In this document: positions 21,611 through 35,244 of the stretch, in pieces | Position numbering within the stretch: the first letter of the stretch is position 1 | How the letters are laid out: each line of letters starts with the position of its first letter | NCBI GenBank assembly: GCA_009914755.4 | Contig: CP068257.2 | Span: 33,568,001 to 33,632,000 of the forward strand | Direction: 5' to 3' | Length of the DNA: 64,000 nt | Source of the DNA: the human T2T-CHM13v2.0 reference genome, Homo sapiens | The notes under the pieces: generated by a model | What the model was told of the DNA's origin: nothing | Seen by the model: the letters and a program-made list of their open reading frames with translations, nothing else | The model's database searches: none | Made by a program: the position numbers and the translations under genes

Positions 21611-24600
21611 ACACATGTTTAGGAAATGCCTGCCACCAGCAGTCTCCACATTAGGTTCCAACTATACCAAAGGAATCTGTGCCTTCCAAAACCTTCCCAG
21701 GGACAGAAACCACTCACAAGGGATGCCTCTGCCATTTCACCATGCGGGTGCCCACACCACCACAACACACTTCAATTTGTGAAAACACTTTTTCTTCCCT
21801 ATCAGAGTGAAATAGTGCATACCCTTGTGTGGCTCTGCAACTGAAAGAGACAAAAGGGAATCACACCGGGAAAATCACACATTCTGGAATAAAGAGGGAA
21901 ATGTAGAAACTGGGATCTTAAAGCCTCGGGGGAGAGGACCCTGGGGCCCGGGCTCTCTGGGCAGCACCCAGGCCTGGGGAGGAGCTGTTTCCAGTCGGTC
22001 TCCCTGCAGACCCTGAGTGCTGAGGGGAGGGTTGGCCTGTCTCCTTGGCCCCTGTGTGCCCAGCACCAGCATTTGTGCTGGGAACCTCCCAGGCACCACT
22101 CTGTGTTAAGGACGTGCCAGGAGAGACCTGGGAGGAGACGACCCCGGGGCTGGGTAGGTGTCCAGCTCCTTCCTGGTTATCTTCCACCCAGCACAGAGGA
22201 CATCCTGTAACTCAGTTGCTCCTCACAGGGTCACATTTAGCCTCCCACGGGCTCTGCCACTCACAGTGCTCCTGTCAGGAAGCGGGGTTTGTTCCCTGAG
22301 ATCGCCAGTCCGGGAGTCTCTCCAGGACCCCTGCGGGTGTCCGGGTGTGGCTTTGGCTGCCCTGTTCCCTGAGCCTGGTGTATCATCATGTGAGAACTGT
22401 TACTAGTTTCCATCTCAGGGAAAGGATAACCATGCCCCTAACACCCTGGCAGGACCAGATCTACCTTTCTGTCTAATATGACCCCTTCATCTGAGAGCTG
22501 GAACTTTCTGGAACCTTCTAGAGCCTTGTACAGGCTCTGGAGCCTACTGCGGACGCAGAACTAGTAATAGATTTGCTCAGTTCCTGCAGCTTTAGCTGTG
22601 GGGCACTCAGAAATTGCTGTGCTATGTGGGCTTAAATAATTTGAATAGACATGAATATATTTAATAAAAACAATCTGCTTTATCGAATTATTTCCATTTT
22701 TGTTCTCATTTATTTCCTTTAGCCCCAGATAATGTTAAAATAAACTACTGATGTATAATTAACTTTAGATGTTATAGTATCTTGAGCCAAGCTGATTTCG
22801 ACGACAGTGAAGAACATTTTGAAGTAGTTTTATGATTTTTCACAGCACAACAGATTTTTATAAGAAGAAAAAAAAGCTTTAAAAATGCTGGCAGTGTTGT
22901 TTAGCTCCTCCAACACAAGCACCCACCACAGTAAAGCCCACAAATTCACAGTGGGCTGAAAAGTGGTTTCTGGAACTCTTTTAAACCTTGGCTAACTTTC
23001 GGGGGCTCCCAAAGGACAAGATTACTTCATGTCAAAGCAAAAATTCTCCTGACTCTGTAAACAGCCCACGGTTCTGGGAAATATGAAAAACGTAGATCAA
23101 AAATGAAGTTGTGTTGTGTTTGGAGAGGCTTTCCGTGATCACGAACCCTCCGTCCCGTGGGATCCACACTACTCCCGGGTTTTTGAGGTCCTCCTCGTCC
23201 TCGGGGTCACTGTATCCCTCTTTACCTTCTTCCTCAGAACACCCATTGCCAAATAGAAAACACCAATGATGATACTACTACCAGCCCAGAAGGCTGATTA
23301 AATCTGCATACCCTTCTTTGGAGCTTAAACCGTGCTGTGCATTTTCACGGTAAATAGTTTTGTGTTTTGTGGCATATATACAAACTTGGCAAGTAAAGAC
23401 AAAAGTCACCAAAGACCTCATTTCCCACTAGTTTTGTAACAAAAAGCCAAATTGATATTCTCTTTTCTCCTTCCTACCGCACAAACGATACTCCCTTCAT
23501 CTTATAGCATAGGTAAGTGTCAACACCCCTCTCACCAAGAATATTTTGTGGCTCAGCAAAAATCAAGTGAACTTAAAATATATTCTGATCCCACCAGGTA
23601 AGAAGAAAATGTTTAACATAACACAGTATTCCACCAGAATAAGCTGAGCTGGGGTTTTTTTCCCCGTCGTAGAATTCATGTTGGGAAGGTGGGTGTGAGT
23701 GATGATTCACTCACAAAGTGAGGCATGTGATAAAGAAAAGATTGTATCCTAGAATTTTAAACCTTATCTAATAAATTATCCAGACAAAGGGGCTCAGGGC
23801 TTTTTGGCAGGATCCTGTACTTCCATTAGAAGCCCAAAAAGCTCAAAGAAAAGAAACTACAGTGTATTCCATTCGTTCCTTTGGCAACTCGGATCTTCCC
23901 TTGTTTTAAACCAAACAAACATTCGCAAGGAAAACCAGCTGCTTTTACAATGAATAAACCCATTACCTCAACTCCTTTACTCAATACCATTACAGAGGTA
24001 TTTTTACTTGTCAGATTTTCTGTTTCAGAGAAGCTTGGATATTTTCAGTATGCTGTCAATACAGACAAAACAGAGCTGGTTTTAGCAACAGCACCAGATG
24101 TGTCTGAGGACATGGGCCTTCCTGGACCTCCAATTCCAAGGTTGGGTGGTAAGTTACAGCTGCTGTCAAAAATAGTAACAACAGGATTTGGCATCTTGAC
24201 ACAATGCTGCCTGGTAATGGCTAAGCTCACGGCACAGTAGCCAGTGGAGAGGAGGCTGCATGCACATGGAAGGGAGAATTAGGAGACCCTGGAGCGTAGA
24301 CTCAACCTGTGCGTCCAGAGCCAGCCCTGTTGTAATCTCCACCACAGCAAAGAAAACCAGTGCATGTTGCTTCAAGTACCCACTCATGTTTGACCCATAG
24401 CAGTCGGTAACATTAATTGTGCTGAGGGAGGCAAATGAACACTAACCAATCTAAAACAAGAGCAAAAGGGATTTTACCAAAGTATCAGCATTGGAGAACC
24501 TTCCCCTTCCCAAATCCAGTTTACCCCTCTTTTCTGGATAATTGGGTATCATGGATGCTCAGTGTGTCAGAGGGCCAGCGTGCTCCTGGAATCAATTGGA

Positions 24601-25852
24601 GACTTCTGTGACCCACAGGTCAGACAAGTCAGGTCTATAGGGTCTAACAAGAGAGTTTACTCAGTAGAGTAAAGGGAGCAATCTCCACTCAAAAATGAAC
24701 AAGTGGGGTTTACAGAAGTTAGACTGTCACAGAACCAGAGTTAGAAGCAGTTGCAGAGCCAGGACATCTTAAATGATCAGCAGTAGAAGTGAAGGTTAAA
24801 GTTTTAAAAATTATCTATACACCTAGCCACGTATGATTGCTTTCTGCAGCCCTGATCCCATTCAATCTAGGCTCCGTGTGGTCTAGGCTATGAAATGAGT
24901 ACAGCATTGGACTGTTTCTCGGTTGATCTTAGCTCAAACTCTTGTTAACTGAATGACCCCCTGAGCAGGTTTTTAAAATGCCTTGACCTTCACATTTCTC
25001 TTTTATAGAGTAGGGACAATCTGTCCCTTAGAGTTTGTTAATGCATGTAGTACACTTAGTGATGTAATATACTTACCACAATGTCAAACATATAGTCGAC
25101 ACTCAATAGATAATAGGTATGGTTATTATAAAGCAGTCAAAATGAGCCTTGTATTCAATAGTTCCCTGTAAGAAAAGCATGAAGTCTAACATGGCTTATA
25201 GGTCTTACCTCTCACCAGCTTTATCTAGCAACATTTTCGCCTCTGAAATCAACACTCCAGAGATGTTGTAAATTGTTCAGTGCCTTGAAATTCAGCATTT
25301 CTTCTAACTCCCAGGCCTTGGAACCTGTGCTGCCTTGCCTTGGAGCATGCTATCAACACCTCCCACTCATCCTTCACCTATCAGCTTAAGTGCCTTCCTC
25401 CACTTCAATGCTAAGCTGTGTCTCCCTGCCCCATTCTCTCTAGAGTGCCTATGCTGTTATACTCACTTGCCCAGTAGTGGCCTTCTCCATGTGACTCCAT
25501 GAAACCAGGAGCCATGTTTTGTTCATGTTGCTATTCCTAAACCTTAGCAGAGTTCTTATCCCACAGTAGGTATTCCACTAATACTTATTCAGTGGATAAA
25601 TAAATTACAAAACTATTTAGGGAACTCAAAATTACTGATAATTCTCAATCTAGGTGGCTCAATTCAGAAGGGAATAGAATTCAATAAGATAGAAATAGAA
25701 AGTGAATATACGATTCAGAAATGAATAGGATATAATCTGGTCTGCTCTAAAAGAATGGCTTTTGCAGAAAAAAATGGCTAGCTGACCCCTAACAGCTGTT
25801 CCCTTCTCCTTTCATAGTAATAGAAGTCTTAATTTTTAGCTGTGTCCATAGT

Positions 25853-25889
25853 CACAAACAAACAAACAAACAAACAAACAAACAAAAAA
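25853..25889. repeat. (CAAA)9 microsatellite
   Basis: acaaacaaacaaacaaacaaacaaacaaacaaacaaaaaac. Confidence 0.9.
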
Positions 25890-28800
25890 CTACACTTCCT
25901 AACATCGTTGCAGGTGTGACCAGATTTTGGAGAAGTTCTGACCAATGAAATGCAGGCTGAATGCTGCCTCTCTTCAATCCATTCTCTTCAAAATCCAGGC
26001 TATAAGTACCTAGTCAAAGCCATAAGCCCCCACCACTTACTAAATATGTGATGTGTAGTAGACTGGCACACTATGTTGAATGACAGCTAGAATGCACTCT
26101 TTTTATATCCTTTTCTTCTCTCTCTCTTTGATGCCTACAGTAAATATGTAAAGGCTGGAGCGTTGACTGCCAAACTGGATGTTGAGGAACGGGGTTATAT
26201 GTTAGTGCTGGCGAAGGGCAGAGCTGGATGAAGCCTGGATCCCTGAGTATTTTGGAAAATATAACCACCATACCAGCCCCTTGCTGCTTACCCTCTGACT
26301 TTTCATTTGCTTTACCAACTATTATTTTTATCCTCTGTTACTTGTAGTTCAGTTTCAAAGAAACCTCTTAATTACCAGGAATTGCATTGTGAAAACAATG
26401 ATGTATGTTTGAAAAAAGGACTTAAGAGAGTTTCAAAGTTATTTTTATTTCAAGATTTTCACAGTAGTATTTTAATAGCAATAATGTATTTTATTGATGT
26501 TAGCTAAAGATTTTTTAATCTCAAACATAAATGAGGAAATTATAAATATCATGAAAGACCAGACAAAAATCAATAGCGTTCTAGATTCTAATCACACAGA
26601 ATATTTTTCAACAGTCACTGGTGAGCAGAAGAAAATAATATCAACGGAGCAGCCAGTCTCTCCAGAAAGCAACTGTGTTTTCCAAGGCAGAGAACACAAC
26701 GACCTTTCTTCTTGTGTTTATGGTGGTATTTCTCAACCACAAGCCCATGATAACTGGGAACGATGTTCAAAATATTTATCAATCTGCACAATCTGGATGC
26801 CATCCAATCAGAACAGATGCTGGCTATAGAACAACTAGTATATCCATCCTGGCTCATGGCAACATGATTTCAGCCTAGGGATACCAATAGTAGCATGTGT
26901 ACGGAAATCACGTTTCTTAAATTATCAACCACATTTTGTCTAATTTATGGCATAACACCTGATAGAAATGCCTGTATCATATGCAAAATTAGAGGTTCAT
27001 AGAAGTAGTTCTTGTTTTTTGTGTGTGAGTTTCCTAATGAGTTGGTTTAGAAAAGAATGAGACCCAAAGGATCCTGCTGGAGAGATTTTTGGAAGGTGGA
27101 TGACTGGCTGTTTAGCATGTATTTTTCTTAACCATCGTTTGTGTTTGAGTGCTTGTATGCATACATGTGTGTATATACATGTACAAACAAAACATACAAA
27201 AGTAGTGTGACTGCAACTAGGAGTACATTGACACTGTGCCTGTGGCCAGCAATACTGTCTCCTTTCATTCCAGGAACAAGAAACTTCAGAGCCCCCAACA
27301 TACTAGACTTGCTTCTGGCATTCATGCCACAGGGCTCCTGGTGTCTCAAATACTATTTTTGATGTGCAGCTGTTGAGTTGAAACATCTGATAGTTTCTCT
27401 TCTCCAGACTGATTTGGTGCAAGATACCAGTAAATGATCATTTGTTTCAGTTCTTACAAGAGTCAAAAGACTAATATTAGATAATGGTTCCTCCCACACA
27501 TGGCCCTTTCCCTCTGACTTTTTGCCTGGAGGATCCCAGACCCTGAGAAACCACGCAAAGTCATTCTCAGACAGGCTTGGGCTTTAGCCACCAGATCTGT
27601 GGGGCTCCATCTGGCTTATAAAGTCTGTCCAAATGGGAGAATAGGAGCACCCGGTGTCACTCTCCCACACCCCTGTCAGTCCATGCTAAGTCCTTGCTAC
27701 AGTTGTACTCATTTCCTTTTGTTTTCTTCCCTGTGGATTTGGAGATTAATTGGCCATGATTCACTCAGACAGTCATTTGTGTACTTGAAGGCCATTAGTA
27801 AAATCCCCTCTCGGTTCAGAAGAAAAGAGGGTGATCAAAATATTTAACAACTGCTAAGACTGAAGAACTGTAAAGGCACCAGCATTATTGTCCAGTCAGA
27901 ATGGACTCTGGCCGTAGAGACTGAGCAGGTTCTTGGAGGCTCTTTGTTTAGAGACTTGGAGGATGAGGGAAGCAACCATTTGCCAGTTGGTCTGGGACAT
28001 ATTTCCTTCTCTTAATCATGGACAGATCTGTCCCAGTGTGTTTCTGTGGAGAATCCCCAGCCTCAGCCTTACTCCTTATAGTATATTATCAACCTTGCGA
28101 ATGTGATAATTCACGATTAGAACACTTTTCAAGACTAATAACCAGATTGCCAGTGTAGCCCTATTTGCCACAGCCAGATGACTTTCAGCCATATCTGGAG
28201 AATGATGTAAGACAATTTTTTTTTTAATCTCTCAAATTTTTAACATGTACTTATGAGACAGTATAGTAACACAATGACTATCCATGATTTAGGATAAACT
28301 GAACGTGATCGAAGTGAGTAGTGTGATATGGTTTGCTAAAAAGACCCCGATATAATCATAGCTTGTTCTAACAGAAGCGTGATGTCTTGTGCTACTCAAT
28401 GGTCAGTTGACATCTACCCTATGGGCTCTTGTTCTGGCCACCATACTTGTGGAGGAAGTGGTGCAGTAGAGCAGGTGAATGGTCCCAGTGATGCACCAGA
28501 GTGTGTGCCCATGGACAGGTGAATGGTCCCAGAAACATATCATATGAGAACAGGTTGAAGGTTTTTTCACTATGCATGTCATAAAAGGTGCCTGCATTTT
28601 GCATAGGGCCTTATTTGAAGAGGAAATAGGCTTATTCTGTGTTGTCCCAAAGGGACAAAATAGGACCAGTGAGTGGAAGGTAAAGAGAGGTAGAACTGGG
28701 GTCAACATAAGAAAGTGTCTATGGAAGGAGAATGAACTATTATAGTAATGTAAGTTCAAGGTGAGTGCAATTCAGTGTAAGAAACACCATGAGGCATCTA

Positions 28801-29591
28801 TTGTGCCCTGGTTACCGTGTGAGGTGTTGTTAACAGAAAGAAGAATGTGGTGGCTTCACTCTACTATGAAATACAGATGTGAGAAGAATTCATAAGAAAC
28901 ATCACATGTTCCCGAAGGGATGCTTTTATAAGATTCCAAAGACAGGTAGGGAGGAAGTGATTAGTTCAAGAAAGTGTTTATAAAAGAGTGAGTGACAGAT
29001 CTAGGTTTTGAAGAATAAATTCCTGTTTGATGAAGACAGACAGACAAGGGATGGACGAGTCTTCCAGGTTGAGGAATCAACATGTGGACAGTCCAGAGAG
29101 GTCCTTCAAGCAGTCTTGGAATTGGTTATTTCATTTGGGAGCGCAGGCTTCTAGTCTTCTGGGATAGTCTACATCCATAACAGGAGCTAGAATTTCAATG
29201 TCCTCATTATTTTTGAAGTATTTGCTTGCATGTCAGTATTTGTTTGGTTTTCCTCATTCAATGAATCTGTTCCTCCAGTGAGTCTGTAAGGGAATTATTT
29301 AGCAAAAGGTTTTCCAAGTTTAAGAATAGGAAAATGTTTAAATATGAGTATATTTAAATTGTTTTTTGTTTCAATGGATTTTTTTTTCAAGTTGGTCTCT
29401 TTTACTTTGCATAGGGAAGACCTTTTACTTTGATTAGCTTTGGTGACTTTGCTGCAACTTTAAAAATATATCCAGCATCCTAATCCTTGGAGGTTCAGAT
29501 TCTTGGAAGATAAACTGCAACTTTGCAAATGGCTAATGGTCTGGTGAAAAAGAAGGATGGTAAATTTATGGTAGTACTAGTTTTATTTAAA

Positions 29592-29614
29592 ATATATATA
29601 TATATATATATATA
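29592..29614. repeat. (TA)12 microsatellite
   Basis: atatatatatatatatatatatata. Confidence 0.9.
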
Positions 29615-31388
29615 AAACCTAAAGAATTCAACACTCAACTGGGTATATCAAATCTTTAAGATTCCCTAAAATCAAGTTTAAAATTATTTTTATTGTATAT
29701 CCAAGCTTTGGGTTTCCTGGTCACCTTTTCGTTGAGCTATAACCAGAGAATGAAGATGAGTAGGACCTCAGAAGCAGAGAGAAGCAGACAAGTGGGTCAG
29801 GCCAGGTAGCAGTGTCAGGGGCAAAACTCTACTTCCACCAACCTCGGCATGTAGGAATGTTGTGGCAGTTTGTAGACCAGCCCTTCTTCTACCTACCATG
29901 AACCCACCAATCACCATAGCCAGTAAGGAGGGTCACCTTTGTGTCTCCTTAAATGTTTGTCACCACTGGATTTGAAAGGCACACTTGACAGTCTTGTGTC
30001 AAGTAAAAACTATTAAACACTTCCAAATCATAAGCTGATGGCTTCCAAAGAGCAAATAAATGTCCTAAAGTGATCACTATTTTTAATACCCAGCTTGACA
30101 GAAATGTCTGTTGAGCTTACTGCCAGGTGCCACATTATCACTTAACCAAAAATGTCTATATAAAAATAACTTCCCCCCATTGGAATGGTGGCCTGTATAC
30201 AGAGAAATCTATTTATGTTTCAGTTCAGTTTCAAACATCTTTGAAAAACAAGCTGAATGGATAGAACTGAAGCAATGTGCGCACCTCTGGAAAGATGCGG
30301 CAGATGTTACCTCTTGAATTGGTGGAAATAAAAATGACATTCCTCTCATTTAGGTTGTTTGGTGTTATGCTGACTTTTTAATATAATCTGAAGCAGAAGT
30401 GACTTAATGTCAACGACACTATTTCATGGTTATAAAACTTTTGGTTTGAGAAGTTGTTAGCCTATTTTTCTGCTTTCTGGATGTGGATGGCCCTTAGAAC
30501 AATCTCCCCTTAGAAGGGATGCATTGAGTGTGGAGAAGTGCCAGCCACTGGAACGGGCACGATGCATAGGTTGATTCCTTTAAGTTCCAAGGCAGCTTGA
30601 GGCAACTACCCAGAGCAGCTGAATTACAGGGTCCTGCAGGTCCATGTCTCTCTTCTAGGTGTTTACTTCCTCAGCCTTGGTAATGCTCAGTCCCTGGTTC
30701 CCAGTGTCCTCTAAACTTGCCCCTACAGTGGCACTCATCCTGTATTTCGATTACACCTTTCTCTTGGGGGGCCAGGACTGGGTCATGGCCTTAGGCAGCC
30801 ACAGAGAGGTCAGCCTGGACTAGGGTGAAAGCAAAAGGATTCTCAGAAATGGGACTTGAGCTCACCAGCAAGAATGTATAGAATTTCAAGCCAGGACAAT
30901 AGTGTGAAAAGGCTAGGATTAAGGGGTGGGGGACAAATGATGGTGCCTTTTCCTCAAGAAAAAAGGCATAGAATTGAAGGAGGTAATTATTTCCTCCTAA
31001 TGTGTCTCATTTTTCTGCTAGGCTTCTAATATCACACACAGAAAGTTGGAACATTTGAAGTTTCCTTTCTCCCAAAATAAAAAGCTGATTTTATTCATCG
31101 TAATAAATCTATTTACAGCTCATTCATAGGTATTGGTCACTTAATTGAAAACACTAGTATGCATTAAATATTGTTATATAGCCAAATAATTTTTAATTGT
31201 CTCAGCTACCAACTTGAAAAATATTTCATTTTCTATAATCTGAGTTAATTTAAATTGCTTTTGTGCTTCGATTGATACAAGTTTAACTTTTTTTCTCATT
31301 AAGAAACATTTTACTGAAGTCACCTTTTGAAGAATGTTTCCTTTTCTGAGGTACTAAATCTGTTGGCACTTGACACTACAGTTAGTAG

Positions 31389-31688
<300 letters not shown>

Positions 31689-32641
31689 AGTAGCAAATTT
31701 TGAGAGAAGGAAATTAAATAAAAGTGCATTCATTTTCTTTTAAGCAAAATCTCTAATGAGCTAGTGTAGGCTACATGAAAAGCTGCTTCTTGGCATTCAA
31801 AATGTTTAGAGACCAATGTCCTTACACCATGGATGTGCAGTCAAATGAAAGCTTCCTAGTATTCAAGTAAGTGCCTGCAGTTCTAAGCCAAGCTCTTGCA
31901 CTTACTGCTGGAAGAAAGGCGGATAGAAGAGGCTAATGTTACAAGCTGTTCTTCTCAAGGCTATTAACCTGTCTCCACCTTCTTCCTTGGACACAGAGCC
32001 TTTTGATGCAAAGCTGCAAGGAGCTGTGCATTCTTAAATAAACATTTTCCAGTTCAAAGAGCCAGTCCTATGCTTCAATTTAAAGTGAGATTGAAAGAGT
32101 TATTTGCTTTCTTGTCCCTTTAGCATAGACAAGCACAGCAAGAGCCCTCATGGGTTCCCTTGTTCAACAGTAACTTCTTTCCAAAGATGAATTAGCCAGG
32201 CATAGAGTTTGACTTTCTCAAAGCCACTAATGTAAGGTAATCCTTGGAATGAGACAGGATGACTCCACCGACTCAGGAGGAGTAAAATATTGTCCTTCTT
32301 AAGTGAGCACATTGAAATGGCCTACCTATGAACACAGAGCCCTCTAATAGCAAATACAGTAATGCATCAGTAAGCATTATGGGTCTGCAAGATAGCAGTG
32401 ACTTACACAATAATAGCCCTGCACACTAGAGTGTCCAGAGCAAACAATGCCCTGAGGCACAAGTGCAGGTGGGATGAGGTATGCCAGGGCAGTAACCTAC
32501 TTACCTGGGCCAATGATGGCAACTGAGAGAAAGAATGTGAGGTCTTCTTTCAGAGTCACTGAAACCTGTGACTCAAACTCTCTGACATACCAGAGGAGGG
32601 TGCGAGGTGCTAAAACAGGTCACAAGGCTTGAAGTAGCTGA

Positions 32642-32879
32642 TGCAAACTGACTCAGGGAAGAGAAATGTGTTCAAAAACAGCATGGGGTAGATTGGAATG
32701 TCCCAGCCCTAATCTAAGAGACATGTGTCTTTGTAGGGATGACAGACTCTGCCTCAACACATTTTGAATTATCCAGAGCACTGATATTTGCAGACACACT
32801 TTGGTTCTGTAATAATGAATAAAGGCAAATTGGTCATTCAAGAGGTATTTGTTGAATATCTTTCATTTTATAGCATTGT
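32642..32879 (+). repeat. Copy 1 of a 238 bp local direct repeat
   Basis: tgcaaactgactcagggaagagaaatgtgttcaaaaacagcatggggtagattggaatgtcccagccctaatctaagagacatgtg...tttcattttatagcattgt. Recurs at 35245-35482 with about 10 mismatches (about 96% identity). Confidence 0.85.
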
Positions 32880-33889
32880 TCAGGGACTTGTGAACGCCAC
32901 AAACATGTGCAAGGACATAGTCTCTTCTCTCATGTTACTTAAAAGGTCTACTCTCTATTTTCAAAGATAATCAGTGGATAGATACATAGATAGATATTGG
33001 TAAGAATATTTTCAAAAAATTGCCTAGAATTCTAGAACTTGCCTAAGGTCTCTTGGCATCAATTGTCATAGTCCTCTGCTTTTCAAGGAGACGCTAGACA
33101 AATTTCTATGTACCATAGAAAAACTTTTCTGTGGGTAGGGAAGAGCCATCAATCAAGAACTAAATGTATAAAATAGCAAAATAGGGTTTTGAATGCTAGC
33201 TTCACCCCTGTGTTATTGTGGGCAGGTTTCTTAACCACTAGAGGCTCAGGTTGTGAGGTTTTTATCCTCAGAATAATATTTTTATAATTTCCTTCTAAGG
33301 GTTGGGTGAGGGTTCCATTTACGAATGACTGACCCATTGTAGACACTCTGTCAATGCTAGTTCTTTTCTTTATTCTTACATTTTAACCCACTGGATTCAC
33401 ATACAATGAGTTTACTTAAATCGGAGATCTGACAGTGCCAACTGTGAAATTCTGTGCAAGATGGTTAGACTTCTCTGGCAATATGGTACCAAAGGAATCC
33501 TAAAGCCATCCCCCTTCAAAGTATACAAAAATACTGGATAAAATGTTGAATGCTTTCTAAGAGCACGGCTTAAGGAAATGGTCAGAAACAAAGAAGCTGA
33601 GCAGGAGCACAAATCCAGATAGGTGACTGGTAAATCTGGCAGCAGCCTAAAGCTGTCTGGCTACTGTTGTAAACTAGAGCTTTGGATTTATTTTATTGGT
33701 GAACCGACAGGTTAGGTGACTTCACATAAAACTAGGGTCTTCGAAGATCAGCACCCTTAGGGAAAGGATGAACCAAAATATATTTTCCCACAAATACAAA
33801 TGTCCAGAAAGTGTATCCAGTACAGGTATCAGTTTTGATTCTGGGAAAAGGGGAAAGAAGTATTCTTTGAGAATTTGTTACCCTCCTTC

Positions 33890-34808
33890 ACACAGGTTTG
33901 TAGTCCAATTCACAGTATGCATTGTGGTCTGAAAAACATCAAGCCAAGATTTCACATTCTGGTGCCAGATTGGTGGTGGTTCCTGGTAACTGGCAGAAGT
34001 AAATGCAAATCTTCTCAAGAGTAAGGCTCCTTCAATTCAGGTTTCAAAGAAAGGCCAAAAATTCATGAATTAAAGAAAAATCATAGAATACATAAGTGAA
34101 CAAAGTACCACGAGTGAGAGTCTGCAGAAACAACACCCAGCAGATCAAAACCAGAGCATAACAGATACTGAAATTATTAGATAAACATATACAATAAATG
34201 TATTTAATAGGTTTTTAAAAAGAAGATGAAAGGGTTGACTTGAAAACATGAGAAAGGAAAAAGAGAGTGTAAAAATGATGAGTCAGATTTGAAAAAGCAA
34301 TATATTTATCCTCTAGGAATAAATCTATAATATATACAATTTGAAATTCAGTGCAGATATTAAAGACAGATTAGACGCAACTGGAAGGGAAATCATGAAA
34401 TGCAAGCTAACCTTATGAAATGATCCTGAATGCAGTACAGAGTGACAAAAGAGGAAACAATAAAAGGAAGGTTGAAAATGTACATACAGTGAAAAGGTAT
34501 AACACACATTCAGTCAGACTTGTGGAAAGTGATCATTGGAAAGACACAATAAAGAGAATAGGGAAAGCAAAAATACGGAAGAGGTGATGGTGGAGAATTC
34601 TCTTGAGTTGATGAAACCTACGAATCCTCAGATTTGGGAACTTCAATGAATCACAATGAATCTAGAAATCTACCCTAGATTTTTCAAAACAGCTGACCAC
34701 CAAAGATAAACATGACCATCTGAAAAGTAGCCAGAGAGAAAAGCTATATAGCCTAAAAGGAGCCACAGTTCAGCAGGCAATTGATGCCTTCACAGGGGCA
34801 GCAGGAGC
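33890..34808 (+). mobile_element. Older LINE-1 (L1M/L1P-like) internal fragment
   Basis: An A-rich, lysine/glutamate-codon-rich stretch (gaaaaagcaatatatttatcc...ggaaagcaaaaatacggaagaggtgatggtggagaa...tagaaatctaccctagatttttcaaaacagctgaccaccaaagataaacatgaccatctgaaaagtagccagagagaaaagctatatagcctaaaaggagccacagttcag) with the organisation of the L1 ORF1/5' ORF2 region. Recognised by memory only. Confidence 0.35.
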
Positions 34809-34826
34809 TAAAATGCAGTGCAATCA

Positions 34827-35191
34827 AGCCATACAAAAGAATGAAATCATGCCCTTTGCAGGGGCATGGATTAAGCTGGAAGCCATCATCCTCAGCAAAC
34901 TAACACAGGAACAGAAAACCAAACACTGCATGTTCTCACTCATTAAGTGGGAGTTGAACAATGAGAAGACATGGACACAGGGAGGGGAACAACACACACT
35001 GGGGCCTGTTGGGAGGCAGGGTGGGGGCAAGGGGAGGGAGAGCATTAGGACAAATACCTAATGCATGAGGGGCCTAAAGTCTAGATGACGGGTTGATAGG
35101 GGCAGCAAACCACTATGGCACATGTATACCTATGTAACAAACCTGCACTTTCTGCACATGTATCCCAGAACTTAAAGTAAAATAATAAAAA
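34827..35191 (+). mobile_element. Young L1 3' end (end of ORF2 plus 3' UTR plus A-tail), nested, with 17 bp TSD
   Basis: agccatacaaaagaatgaaatcatgccctttgcaggggcatggattaagctggaagccatcatcctcagcaaactaacacaggaacagaaaaccaaacactgcatgttctcactcattaagtgggagttgaacaatgagaagacatggacacagggaggggaacaacacacactggggcctgttgggaggcagggtgggggcaaggggagggagagcattaggacaaatacctaatgcatgagg...acctatgtaacaaacctgcactttctgcacatgtatcccagaacttaaagtaaaataataaaaaaaaa matches the L1 ORF2 C-terminus and 3' UTR. Flanked by aaaatgcagt[g/a]caatca at 34810-34826 and 35192-35208. Confidence 0.8.
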
Positions 35192-35244
35192 AAAATGCAG
35201 TACAATCACATCTTCAGAGGGCTGAGAGAAAGTTGCCATCAAAC

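Noticed and set aside
21208-21661. Largest ORFs in the track (134 aa, 104 aa, 79 aa, 74 aa) overlapping on both strands
   Set aside because: They are translations of the (TTCC)n/(GGAA)n tract, giving Glu/Gly/Arg/Lys or Pro/Ser/Leu homopolymer-like peptides. This is a low-complexity artefact, not a gene.}
21900-22400. GC-rich block (about 60% GC) with ORFs on both strands; possible CpG island or promoter
   Set aside because: CpG count is only about 12 in 500 bp (observed/expected about 0.27), so it is GC-rich but CpG-depleted. It does not meet CpG-island criteria. Overlapping ORFs are expected in GC-rich DNA.}
23248-23347. Possible plus-strand exon between acceptor ccctctttaccttcttcctcag| and donor cacg|gtaaat
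   Set aside because: All three frames contain stops within 100 nt. Splice-site-like strings are common by chance. Kept only as context for the CpG patch finding.}
28472-28535. Short tandem duplication caggtgaatggtcccag x2, and 16 bp duplication tggtcatgtggtcttt x2 at 36525-36556
   Set aside because: Small replication-slippage duplications. Visible but of no evident functional significance.}
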